A stretch of 64,000 bases of DNA from Saccostrea echinata (Eukaryota), in contig NW_026889758.1 of assembly GCF_033153115.1 (NCBI RefSeq), positions 50,530,001 through 50,594,000 of the forward strand. The letters are read 5' to 3'. The translations under genes were made by a program, and so were the position numbers. The notes below the pieces were generated by a model. That model was given only the letters and a program-made list of their open reading frames with translations, ran no database searches and was not told the origin of the DNA. How positions within the stretch are numbered: position 1 is the first letter of the stretch; the number at the start of each line of letters is the position of its first letter. Below, piece by piece: positions 51,763 through 64,000 of the stretch.

Positions 51763-54700
51763 ATGGTGTTTAAAAGGTTGTGGAGGATAACAAAATATGG
51801 AGCCCTTGGAGGGGCCATAGGAGGAACAGGTTATCTATTACAGAAGAATGACTGGGATATATCAACCATTGGAGTGGTCAGATTTGGCCGAGCAGCATGG
51901 GCAGTAAGTTTAGATAATGTGTCGTGACTTTGTTCAACCAGTTTAATTTTAAATGTTATTTCAATGGTTAAATGAATTTTATTGTATTCATCTGTCTTTC
52001 TATGATCTATATGTTTCTTTCTCAGTACCATAAGTTTAAATAATGTGTTGTGGTGAGCTTTGCAATTTTTTAAGTACATGTATTTAACCATTGAGAATAA
52101 GTAGTGTGGGTATAATTATTAAACATGTTAAAAAAGATGAAATGAAGCATTTCAGTGTTTTGTAAATTTTACTTACACAGGCAGTGAGACTAGTAGCAGA
52201 TTATAAGATTAATCTAAGGGGACTGGACTATGATTCTCCAGAATACCAGAAAGTCAAATCAGAGGTAATATAAATCAGACACAATTGAGTCAAAATCTAA
52301 AGTCAGAGGTACTGGGAGTAAAAGGGTATAGCATGTGAGTCAAAGGTAAAGGGCTAAACTGTTTCAATTTTGATATTTGAACAGAATCAAATAAAAGGGT
52401 TAAATTGTTAATTTTTTTTATTGGAATGAAAAATTACACACTTATAATTCTTAAGAATAAATTAAAAACAAAAAAATTCTTTTATTTTCTTAAGATTCAT
52501 CTGAGGTCAGCCTTGCGTTTGAGAGATATGTGCTGCATAAATGGGGGAGCTTTCATTAAAGTGGGTCAACACGTAGGGTCTCTTGAGTACCTTTTACCCA
52601 AAGAATATGTAGAAACTATGAAGGTTTTACATGATAAAGCCCCCCAGTCTGATGTGGAAGAATTGAAAAGAGTTTTTGAAGAAGATTTGAAAATGAAGGT
52701 AACTTAAAGAACAAATTTCTTTATTTATTTTTTTTTTTTTTTACAAAAAAATTTTGTACATTGTATATGCAGCTTTTTGATAAAAGTTGGTTACTGTACA
52801 AAATATATAATAAATATTTTATTGTTTTTCAAGTTTGAAAATTAAGGTATGCTTATTATCATAGGTGGAGGATGTTTTTGAGAGTTTTGAAAAGAATCCA
52901 CTGGGAGCTGCTTCATTAGCACAAGTACACAAAGCGACTCTGAAAGATGGAACAGTACTCGCTGTCAAAATTCAACATCCTCAAGTCAAAAGCCATTCTT
53001 ATGTAGACATCAAAACAATGGAGGTAATAAGCTAACTGAGTATTTTTAAATATGTACTATTGTTAACACTCTTGTAAACACTCTGACGGTAGTCATTTAG
53101 AGCAAGTTCTATTTTCTATTGTAGCTTCTAGTGCACTGTATTGCCTGGATTTTCCCAGGCTTTCAGTATATGTGGCTTGCTGAGGAAACCAAACGGAACC
53201 TTCCACTGGAACTGGACTTTGTCCATGAGGGACAAAACTGTGAGAGAGTAGAGAGACTTTTCAAACATTTCCGCTTTCTGAAAGTGCCCAAAATTCACTG
53301 GGAGTTGTCATCAGAGAGGGTACTGACGATGGAATTCTGTGAGGGAGGAAAAGTAGATGACAAGGCTTACATGGAGAAACATGAAATTAATGTTAATGAG
53401 GTATTTGAAAAATTTTGTTTGTGAGAATGAAGCATTACCTAGTACACATATTTATAACATTTTAGCTTTAAAAACTTTCAATTGTTTTCATGCATTGGTC
53501 ACACTACCATATTATATTTAGGGGTTTATTAGTTCTTGTTTTATTACTTTCTTTAACCAATATTGAATAAATCAGATAAAGGGAACAAACTTTTATTTTG
53601 AAAGCTCTTTGATGTTTGATTATTGTTTTTCTATAAAAACAAATTTACAAGAGATTCAGATTCACTTTTAACCACATAAAGCCTGTTTTTTCAGGTTAGT
53701 AAGAATTTAGGGAAGCTGTACAGTGAGATGATATTTGTCCAGGGTTATGTACACTGTGATCCCCATCCTGGAAACGTCTTGGTGAACAAAACGGAAGATG
53801 GAACTCAGATAATTCTTCTTGACCATGGATTGTATCAGGTTCAGAGATGATTTAGATGTATGATTTATTAAATTTCATAATTTCAAAGCACTCTTTGACT
53901 TAGTCAAGTTGTTTGTCTACTTATCTGCAGTTTTATACATAATAATTCAAGTAATTTTTCCAATACATGTACTTAATTGAAAAACAAGACAGATAACATT
54001 TTTTGCAGACATTTCCAAATACTTCAGTAAACATACTGAAAATTATAGAAGCATTGAAACTTAATGTGCATCCTATTTGTTTAAATTTGTAAAGGGGATT
54101 TTCTTGTAAACATTTAGACTTTGACTGATCCATTTCGGGTGAGCTATAGTAAGCTCTGGATGTCGCTTATCAATGCTGACTTGGAGGGCATTAAGAAGTA
54201 CTCAGCAGAACTGAATTGTGGTGACATGTATGGACTGTTTGCATGCATGTTAACAGCCCGCTCCTGGAAGGCCATCACTAGCGGGATAGACAAATCACAA
54301 ATTACACAGTCTGAGGTATCCCCAAGAAAAATCCAGAATTTTTGTTTTGAAACATCAGTTTTTCAATATGTGAACATGTCAAATCGTTAACACACAGATG
54401 GTTTGCTCATAACCAGAGCATGCCATGGCTTTTAAAAGCATCAATTGGTTAATTTTTTTTCTTTCAAAAACAGTATATTTTGTCTAAAAAATTTGAATAT
54501 TAGTGAAGTTATAGACTATATAAAACAACTAACAGCTAAGAGTGCTGGTACATTGAATGTTTTCAAATATTGCCTTGGAAAATAAACTTTATAGTGATAT
54601 CAATTTACAAAAGCAGTATTAGCTCTTGAAATAATTTTAAAAAACTGTATGACTGTAGGAACTTTTCAGACATTCTAAAATTCAATTCATGTGTCTAACA

Positions 54701-55084
54701 AAATCAAATGCATTCAAATTTAATTGTTCTTTCCTTTCTCAGAGTGATGAAATTAAGGACAATGCTGCAACATACCTCATAGAAATCTCAGAAATACTTA
54801 ACAAGATTCCTAGGGAGATGCTTCTAATTCTAAAAACCAACGACGTCCTACGTGGGATAGAGTATAGTTTGAACATTCGACCAAATGCCACTTCTTTCCT
54901 GAACATGTCTCGCTGTTGTGTACAGGCAGTGGGAGAGGACGAGTACAGACAATGCCATTCCTGGACCAGTCGGATGGCAGTACAGTTTTCTACTTCATGG
55001 CAGCTCTTGAAAATTAGCATTTATGAATTTTTCCTTTGGTTACAGTCAGAATACTCATGGTTGTTAATGAGATTGCCAAGTTAA
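51763..55084 (+). CDS. ADCK1: aarF/UbiB domain-containing protein kinase 1, 8 coding exons, ~515 aa
   Basis: Exons 51763-51903, 52181-52264, 52495-52698, 52865-53023, 53125-53400, 53695-53838, 54118-54315 and 54743-55084, all phase 0. Motifs GVVRFGRA, NGGAFIKVGQH (KxGQ), PLGAASLAQVHKA, AVKIQHP, NLPLELDF, VHCDPHPGNV, LLDHGLY and LLILKTND. Confidence 0.96.
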
Positions 55085-55683
55085 TGTTAATCAGTATTAG
55101 TTGTTTTATTTAATGTACTTTATTTATTGTTTGACAGAATTTATTAGTAGTTCTTCATTTTGTTGTTATGAACTTGTTCATAGATGTTACAGTAAGGCTT
55201 TTGGGCATGTCTAAATCAAAACTAGTTTCATGATAAGTGGTTCTAAGGCTAAATTTTGAAAACGAATTATTTTGCCTCTGGACAATAACATTAATTCCTA
55301 TTGTATGTACATGTTATTAGAACATAAGTTTGCTAAATTTCTTATTGTGGTTTAAAGGCAAGAGGGGTTAATTACTCCACAATTCCAAAATGATTCTCAG
55401 AAGTTGTGTCAAATTAAATTGTACTAACAAGCCATTTCACTGGGGGAGAGGAGGGGAGATAATATTTTTCTACATCAGTTGTTCATTTAATAGTATGGCA
55501 TTAAGGAAGTAGGAGGGTAGAAGTCTGTTAACAGGACAAGAACTTTGTTCATTTTCAGTGAATGTATTTATTTGATACCTCTGATTTATTGCTGCCATTC
55601 ATCATATGAAAGAAAAAAAAACAAAACATTTGATTTCTTTTAATGAATAAATTGTAAAATATTTCTTATAATTTTTTTTATCC

Positions 55684-57631
55684 TTAACAAGTTCTCGTTG
55701 AATCTGGATATCTTGACTTCAGTTCCTCTTTGAAATCTTGGAAGAGAGCTTTATTTTCTCTATGGTCCTTCACTTTTTCCAAGTAGAATGTATTCTTTTG
55801 CTTCTGACCTTTATGAACCAGGAAAGCATTGTTCAGAACAAAAAACTTGTATCCAGCAACATACATCTCACAGATCTGGAAAAAAAAAGAAAGTACCACA
55901 AGCCATTTCATATTAATGCTGCTACAGAATCCATCCGAGACAAAGCAGTGTACATGCAATTATAGTTTGATTTTTGTTCTGATCATGTAGATACCTATCA
56001 CTACACAATGTGCAGCAATCTATGTGAGTGGATCAAATGATCTCACTTTTATTTAGATTGGGACAAAACAATATTGCCAATAGACAACTTTCAAATTTAC
56101 AAAAGTTATTTCCCTTTGCATGGTCAAACCGGGGTCAACCGATGTAAGACAGTTTTCCTTTATAACATTACCAACTTTATGGGGCAATGTCTTACAAATG
56201 AAATCTATTTGAATATGTTTATTATGATTTTTATGTTCCCCCATAATATGGCAATGCAGGAATGGATCAAAACTGTCCAATTCTGTTTAAAGGTTGAAAA
56301 TATTTACAAGCAATTTACAAAGGATATAGTAAGAAAGAAAAAAATAAGAGTAATGCCAACAATAGGAGATAACTCATAAGAAGGTGAAAGTCGTCTATTG
56401 CTCCTATTTATAAATTGTAAAATGTGAAATTTGAACAAACATCAATATACATGTAGATTAATTTGCAAGTACCAAATACTGCAAATACATGTTAGAGAAA
56501 GTAGTGGAGATTTACTGACAGTCTTGATAAATGTTAGGATTAGACAGTGATAAAATACATGTATGTAGCATTTTACAAAAGCACAACCATCAGGTTCACT
56601 TGTGGGCAATATGTTGGAGAATGCCCTACCTGGCTGACTCTGTTGTAGCCATACTGTTTGAATCTCTCCTCATAGAGTGGTAGTAATGACTTGTGTGCAA
56701 TAAAGAATGGTTCGTATGGGAGTTTCCACTGAACTTCATATGCCACTTCTAGTTTTTCACTGCTCTGGAGGGATTCCCATCTATGATAATCTGTTGCAAA
56801 TTGACACCAATGGCACACATTTGCATAAAATGGATGTATATTTTTATTTTGCAAGAGCTCTTGTTTAGTGGACAGAATATGATTTTCACCTGTTTCAAAT
56901 ACAGGTACAATATATGCTGTCCTATCACCAACAGAACTGGAAGACAAAAGATCCCTTTGGAATGAATATAACAGATTTGCTGAAGGATATATGTCTATAT
57001 CAATAGCAAGAACAAATTTGGCTGCCAATGTTTTTATGGCAAGGTTTCTAAGAATATTATGTGGGTATTTTAATTTGTCCTCAAGGACAAAGTTTTGATT
57101 AGATGATTTAGCAAAATATTCTTCAATACAGTCCACATCATGGTATGGAATCTTTGTTATGTTGGTATGGCTTGAGACAGGGAAAACTAAATGGAAAAAA
57201 ACATTGAGCTGTATATGTCTGTAACATGCATATAAATTCTGAATGAGTTGAAGCGCAAAGTCAGCATCATGACTGTGTGTGAAGACTGAAACAGAGATAG
57301 GTCCCGCCCACCTCTTGCTTATTTGCACAAGGTTATGTAGATGATTGGAGGTAGTGTGGGTCACCAGAGCAAGGTCATATGAATCTGTGGGATGTTGTTT
57401 ATTGCTCCCAAGAATATCAGGCACAAGGAAGTAAAACCCGCTGCTGTCAGTCTTGTAAGCGTCTCTAACTCTCTGCATTATTCCATCCCACACAGAGTTA
57501 GGGTAATTCTTTGTGTCTTTGAAATCTTCCAGTTGCCCCATGAGGTAAATGTGATAAACCTGAAGCATTATCACCAATACTACCATGAATAGGATCACTT
57601 TCTGTATACTTGGTACACATCTTGCTCTCAT
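55684..57631 (-). CDS. B4GAT1: Beta-1,4-glucuronyltransferase 1-like (GT49), 2 coding exons, ~397 aa
   Basis: Exons 57631-56630 and 55875-55684. Type II TM anchor, RWAGPISVSVF, YPHNILRNLA, DID (DxD), YEPFFI, PLYEERFKQYGYNRVSQ|ICEMYVAGYKFFVLNNAFLVHKG. Confidence 0.92.
56084..56400 (+). repeat. Dispersed repeat, copy of 50388..50705, in the B4GAT1 intron
   Basis: Co-linear similarity to the 50.4-50.7 kb copy. Confidence 0.75.
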
Positions 57632-58145
57632 TATACTGGAAATACAATGATTTCATAACTTGGTACCTGAAAAGAGATAAACTGAAATGACTTGCATGCC
57701 CATTAAACAAACAATGTTTTATAATTCTTTCACAAGAAAGATGATGTAGCTGAATTCCAAAAATATTTGAAATCATGAGATCAAGTTCTGCAGACCCTAT
57801 GGTGAAACTAGTACCAGATTGAGAAGTGTATTTTAAAGAATTGACAGAGTGCAACACCTTCTTGTATAATAATCTTTTAATAATGAACTTGATATTTGAA
57901 TTGACACATCAAGCAATTTATATGTTGAATGAATGTACTTTTATTGAACAGTAAGTTTAGTGAACTTATCTATTGTTAATGACTTTTTATCTCTGTTTTG
58001 AATGTATAATGCATACACCTGCATCAAACAGCTGAGCTTTGATCCTACATTTTAAAAGAAGCTCAAATGCTAAAGACATATAAAAAAATCAGAAAACATC
58101 CTGAAAGCTCCATCGCAGGTAATACTCATGTATAATATGACAGAA

Positions 58146-58289
58146 CAGGCACTTGACATTTTAAAATTTTCTTTTTATATATAAAAAAATCCTCCATGTT
58201 AAAAAAAATAACATATTATTATTTTACAGTAGCATGGAGATTTTTTTTTATCTATAAAAAAGAAGTGTTAAAAACGTCAATTGCCTGTG
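58146..58289. mobile_element. Small foldback/MITE with ~55-bp inverted arms
   Basis: ACAGGCACTTGACATTTT...AAAATCCTCCATGT / GCATGGAGATTTT...AAAAACGTCAATTGCCTGT. Confidence 0.65.
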
Positions 58290-58589
58290 ATTAGTGTCCC
58301 AAAGGGGTGAAAACATGACCCTTTATTTGAATAACTTTCATCAGATGAAAAGTATACAGACAGACAAACAGATCGACGCCTGACAGGTGATCAGAAAAAG
58401 CTCGCTAGTTTGTCTGTCTGTATACTTTTCACCTTTTCATCTGATCTGCTAAAAGGGATCAGGCTGTTTACTATACTAACTTGCTGAAATTAGTGGAAGG
58501 TGTAACGTTAAATGCTGGAAAAAAATAAAGAAAAAAAAAAGAGTGCACAAGCATTGTGATAAAAATCCATTATTAAAAAAAACATATAA

Positions 58590-58828
58590 AAGTCTCTCAC
58601 ATTTCATTATAGTAGTGTTGTCTTCTAACAATATCAACCCAGACTGCATTTAAATTTTCATCCCATTATAAGTTATAAAAGTAGGCTTAGCCCTTAGCCC
58701 TAAAATACGGGTTTGTCAAACCGGAAGTAAACAAATTGCTTGACACCTTTGACATGCGTAGCAGCTAACAAACAATGAGAAACAAGTTCATTGAAGTGAG
58801 AACTTGGAGAAGTCGTTGATTGTAAGTA
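58590..58828. promoter_or_regulatory. Putative bidirectional promoter B4GAT1 / sushi-domain gene
   Basis: ETS-type CCGGAAGT at 58721, + strand donor GTAAGT at 58822, - strand donor-like GTGAGA near 58600. Both ATG-bearing exons are preceded by splice acceptors (57667 -, 61680 +). Confidence 0.45.
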
Positions 58829-61684
58829 AACCATTAAGCTGATCATCAAAACTTTTCGTACCCCAGTTGTTTATCTAATTTTGAATTATTTAATCTACAT
58901 CGGAGGGTGATGGTTGATTTTATTTACCATGTTTATTGTGTGTATTTGACGTCATCTACTGTCTGCTTAAGCTTATTCATTCCCGTTAAAGGCTTTCATT
59001 ATGCCTATATCATGTAATATCTCTCCACAACCTCATTACCTTTGGCTCATGCCAAAGATTTTGTGTGTGTGTGTGTTCAAACTGTGAAAAAAGATCTTAA
59101 CCTTAAATTGTTTTTCTTCAGCCCCCCCCCCCCCCAACAAACTCTCTCTCTCTCTCTCTCTTGGCAGTTCTTTGTGAAATAAGAGAATGTCTCCCCTAAA
59201 AGTGATACCTACCAAAGGCTCAAAAGAGCTTGTTTAATTGAACATTCTCCATCGGTTCATTGTCTGGCATCTGTGCTCTGTTGTCCTTTTCCACGTACAT
59301 GTTCAATTTCATCAAAACTTAGAAAAGAAAGCATTCTTGAGGCTACTCAAATTTGCAAGAACTCCATAGTAAAAGCCAACTACTGCTTTCAGCAGTGAGC
59401 CAGCATGCTATAAATGAAATCATCTCAATATAAATCACTGAACTAGAAAAGACTAAAAATTATGTTAAAACTTCCATCATACAGGAACACACAGTATACT
59501 TATAGCAAACACCTTTATAATGAACTCTTGCTTATGTATCGGAAGTGGTTTCTATTCCTTGTAGTTCTAAAACTTTTCTGTACAGTGTTACTGTAGTTTC
59601 AAATTAAACAGGGCTTTCAATTGTCAGTTGTTCAAGGGCTGTTGAAAGACCCCATTCCCAATTCAAGAAGGTATCTTTCCCAATAGCTGTTTAATAACAC
59701 CCCCCCCCCCCCCCCCCAAAAGAACTTATATTTGGATTTTCAATAACTCACTTAACTTGCTATTATTGCTCATATATATATGTAAATGTATCATAATTTC
59801 CCACCAAATTCTCTTATTCTCCTTATTTTATCAGTCGTGACCCCTGTTCCATAAAGTAGTGTGAGAGGCTAGTCAACATTCAAGTTCTAGTCTCATGGCT
59901 GGGGTGGGACCACAGTAGACACATGGTCATTGAGGCTAAAGTTGCTAAAATGATGGAATTTGAAAAGTTGATGGTTATTATAAGAAAGCTTAGATGACTC
60001 AGATGAGAATTGCCCTGGCTCTCTTTTTTTCTGAATCTCTATCTAAAATGGCATCAAACAATTGATTAAAAAATTATCCAAAGAGGGAATGTTCAAGTAC
60101 ATGTATATGGTATAAGTGCATAATTCTGAGCAACAAATATTTGTTGACTGTATTTGCTTTAAAAAATTGAAAAAATCTGTGCATTAGCCATCCTTTTTTA
60201 GATTTATTTGAAATGTGGGGTTTTACAGACATATAAATGCATCAACATATCATAGATATTTTAAGTTGGTTATAGATATTTAATACAAAATAATGTCATA
60301 TAAATGAAAACATGCATCTTCAAATGATGATTGATTTATAATAAATGATGGCCATGATGACATTATTTTTATTGTTATTCAGTGACACATGTTTGTGGCA
60401 TAATATTATTGTCAGTAGATAAGTGCCTGAGAAGGTGGGGAAGCAAATATCTAATTATCTATTAGCTGCTACTTATCACTATAAATGTTAAGGTGTGTGT
60501 GATTTGAAGTAGACATATATACATGTAAATGTTTCTTTTTTTTTTTTTAAATTGCATTGCTTAATCATATATATACCGTACCAGGCAATACAAAAATATT
60601 TGTGTCTGAAAACTAGGATTCTGAATTTCATGTTGTACAAAGCCATGTAAATTACAACTTGTTCGATTCTCCTCCCTTCCTTTTTAAAAAAAGTGTCTCA
60701 CTCCAGCATTTTTTGTTTTGATTTAAAAATGTATGGAATAAAAAAAATGATTCTGCATACAAAAATAATCAGAATGCATACATGCCTTAGTATTGTAAAA
60801 AATAATTTTTTTGTAACTGATGCTGATGCTGTAACTGATGCTGAATAAAATGGTAAATAAATATAAATATATCAGCATTAAAAAATAAATTGAGCAATTT
60901 GCACAAGAGAAATGTGATAAATTTTTTTTTTTATAGAATTCATCTTCCCAATCCATATTAGGATGAAATCTAAAAATAAGTTTATCGGGTCAAATGAACA
61001 CCTAGAAATTGAAAGTCCATAAGAGTACTTTTTGATCATTTGATTGTTTCATAATAAATATTCAATTAAGAAATTCTGGAAAGAGTAGGCATCTCAGAAA
61101 TCATTTTGAAAGAGATTCACAAAACAAATATATTGGGTAGTACATCCAAACACTAATAGAGACTTTAATTTAAAAAAAAAAAGGAAATGGAAAAAAGCAA
61201 GCAAAAATCCAGGCCTATAAATTTTGATCCATGATAGAGTTGTCACCTTCATGGAAAATAATGAGATATATATTACAAAGTGTATCATATTACAAGAAAG
61301 CCCATGTAATTTGTTTTGTACCAGGTAGATAATGTTAAATAGATTGATAGACAAGGCAATTTACCATAAAATGTTTTTTTCCTTTTTTGTAAGTAAGTGA
61401 TAAACTAATTAAACAGTGCAACCAAAGTAGAAATAGAGTGCTGGTAAATTGCAAGGGGGGTGGGGTGGGGGGGGGTGGGGGGCTTAATATACAAGCCAGT
61501 TGTTGATAGAAGAAACTTTTTGGACTTTCTCTGTATGAAATCTTGGGAAAAAAAAAAGAAATGACTGCCCTTAGGCTGGGGTGTAGTGATTAAATATTTC
61601 ACTCTGCTGTACATATATGTTTGACTCATTCACAACATGAGTTTTTTGCAAAGATTTCTTTTTTAATCCTTATTTTTTAGTATA

Positions 61685-64000
61685 ATGAAGAAAAGCTGTG
61701 TCAGATTATTTGTGATATCTGTGGCATCTCTTTACCATGTCTATGCAGGAAATCAAGGGCAAGTGAAAGGTAAGAAATGACAGTTATCTAGAAAAAGGGG
61801 ATCCCATTACTTGTACCATCTTTGCCATGGTATTGTTAATGGGTACTAAAACTATAATTCAATAAAAAGTGAAACAGAATTATTTGTTGTTATTTTATAA
61901 ATCATGGCTTTCAAAAAGGTTAGAAGCAGGTGATACTTTTATAAAAATAGGAGGTACCTTGTGGAAGCAATTTTTAATCAAATGTGTCTTTTAAAAATTT
62001 TCTCCATTGAATGTTTTGGCCAGTACAATCATGATTTAAGCCAGGTAAAAGTACCAGGTACTGGCAGATTTTGAAAGACCTGTATAAATAATACTACACT
62101 TATTTTATTCATGTAAAATTAAGCATGGGTATACTAGAAGATAACATTTTTAGGTTACAGAACACTAAACCAGTTTCAATAAAATTTAGTACAAAGCGTC
62201 CCTGAGTGAGAGATCCTTAGTTTGTTTATATGATGGAGGATGAATTATAAACAAGTGTGGAGAATTTTAATTTAAAGATTTAATTATATGTTATTCAAGG
62301 AACACCAAGGTTAAAAAAAAAAAACAACAAAGTCTACATTCAAAACATAGTCTACATTCAAGTCAACTCCTGGATCCAAGATTTATTGTAAAAAAAAATT
62401 TGAAGAATTGGGAATCTGTAGGATGTAGGATAGAAATTTGATATCCCCCCATTGATCTTTTAAATTGTTTATTTGTTATCTACCATAATTTCAGAAAACC
62501 ACGCAGAAAATAATTGTGGAGAATTTCCTAAAATCTCAAATGGTCAAGTAAAACATAAAGGAATCTATGCCAGAGTAAGTTGTAAAGAAGGCTTCTTTCT
62601 GAAGGGAGATGATACTTTCAAATGTGACCATCACACAGGGTATTGGAGTCCCCCAACAAGTCCTGAGTGTCTGCCAATAAAAGGTATGTTTTTTGGTTTT
62701 ATTTGGGTCACCAAGTCCTTAATTTACATGTGTGGGTTTAATGAATATGTGGCCTCTAGTTATTTATAATTTATGTATTTATTGCACTTTGCATGTTTCC
62801 AAGGCCCCCTTTCATTTAGGATTGTATTTACGTTGTTATATTATCTTGTGTTATCGTTTTCAATTAAAAACTAGAGTATGAGAATTTTTTTCAATGAAAA
62901 TGTTTACAATGAGCTAATAAGATTTTTTCCTTAGTCTCTAGATATTTTATTTCAGAAAGCTGTAGGTTGCCATTACTTGATCATGGGATGATCGAGAGAT
63001 CTGAGGGATCCAAAGATGGAGTATTGTATTGTAGTAATGGATATTATATCAAGCGGGATGAGGGATCGTATGAAAGTGTAATTTCTGTGCACTGTTATGA
63101 CGATACTTGGTACTTCAGTCTGTTTCCTTCCATAGAACGAGTGAGAGATTGTGAAGAAGGTAGATATCAAAGTGAATTTGTTACAAATCCACATTTAGCT
63201 ATGTGTTGAAAGTAAAATTTAGTGTTTGGTATTTTTTTTTAAACAGTAAAAAAAAAAAAAATCAAATAACAAAAAAAAAAAAAAATAAGAGAATGGTGAC
63301 TGCAATGAAAATAAGTGGTTTTAAGAAAAGTACCTTTTTTCCTTAGAATTATCATAATTTTTTTTTTATATTACTTGCACAGAGCTAACTATATCATACA
63401 TGTACTGTGGCATATAAGAATATATTTTTCTTCTATTAGTTCCCAAGAATCAATGCAGCAAACCGCAAGATGTACTCCATGCCAAATGGGTAATTGAATC
63501 AGAAAGTCTATTTCACCGGCCAACATATATGGATGTTTTTACGAAAGGCATGAAGGTCCATTATTATTGTGTGGACGGGTACAGTTTGATTGGAGAATCT
63601 ACAGTTGTGTGTCAGGAAGGAGGGTACTGGACTGAACCTCCAGAATGTGTGGAAAGCTCAGGTACTCATATCTGTCAATTTTTCTGTGTTGCCTGCAAAG
63701 GACACACAATCCCATCCCATTGTTGCACATGCAATATAAAAAAAGGGGTTGTTAAAATTATTTATTTGAATTACGTCACATTGTCCATTGTTTAGGAATC
63801 CTTTTAAAATTATAAAGGTGGATGTATATTAATGTGACATAGAACCAATAATGAACAATAACGAAAATAACATTTATCATGTTTTCAATATGAAATATAT
63901 ATCAGAAAGATTGAGCATTTAATTTGTAGAAAAGTTGAATGTTATATAAAATTAGATCTTTTTATAACAATTGCAGATTGACACTTTGTATTACAGGACC
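61685..64000 (+). CDS. Secreted/cell-surface sushi (CCP/SCR) repeat protein, 5' part; continues off the right edge
   Basis: Exons 61685-61769 (signal peptide MKKSCVRLFVISVASLYHVYA), 62495-62683, 62956-63159 and 63440-63661, each bounded by phase-1 introns. The last three each encode one CCP-like module (C..P...NG/HG...C..G[FY]...C...W....P.C; the second module is more divergent). The next exon probably starts at 63997. Confidence 0.85.
61905..62082. mobile_element. Short MITE, intact copy of the family at 44725..45398
   Basis: GGCTTTCAAAA ... TTTTGAAAGACCTG termini; internal AAAAATAGGAGGTACCTTGTGGAAGCAA is identical in both copies. Confidence 0.75.

Noticed and set aside
56573-56629. C-terminal tail of the 352-aa B4GAT1 ORF as listed in the ORF track
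   Set aside because: Read-through into the intron; the conserved GT49 C-terminus is in the exon 55875..55684.
39291-57592. Short antisense ORFs overlapping SNW1, ADCK1 and B4GAT1 exons
   Set aside because: Shadow frames of real exons; many begin at non-ATG codons and none shows independent motifs or splice support.
63971-63985. In-frame TGA (possible selenocysteine) if TTGCAG at 63976 were the acceptor
   Set aside because: A better acceptor TTACAG at 63996 keeps the frame open, and no SECIS can be assessed at the window edge.

Overview
AT-rich, intron-containing animal genomic DNA, very probably an oyster (Crassostrea/Magallana-type bivalve). This is inferred from a Cg170-like ~166-bp satellite carried inside a Helentron-type element, a V-domain tRNA-SINE and frequent TACATGTA palindromes. 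Genes reconstructed by hand from splice sites, left to right: 5' exons of DNA polymerase kappa (-, runs off the left edge); two tandem single-coding-exon DUF2236/MpaB/Lcp-like oxygenase genes (+); a 7-exon secreted countin-like saposin protein (-); kinetochore NSL1 (+, with an 11-kb intron holding a nested stack of transposons and satellites); a divergent Rab1-like GTPase (-); an intronless 293-aa orphan ORF (-); SNW1/SKIP (-) head-to-head with ADCK1 (+); B4GAT1 (-) head-to-head with a secreted sushi/CCP-repeat gene (+, runs off the right edge). Introns and intergenic DNA carry many non-autonomous DNA transposons (HINE/Helentron, hAT-like with 5/6/8-bp TSDs, foldback, Kolobok-like, pogo-like), LINE remnants and microsatellites. 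The best candidate for an undescribed system is the pair of animal latex-clearing-protein/MpaB-like heme oxygenases, which keep the Lcp catalytic residue pattern and lie tail-to-tail with the countin-like gene. All homology calls are from recognition and memory; no database searches were run.
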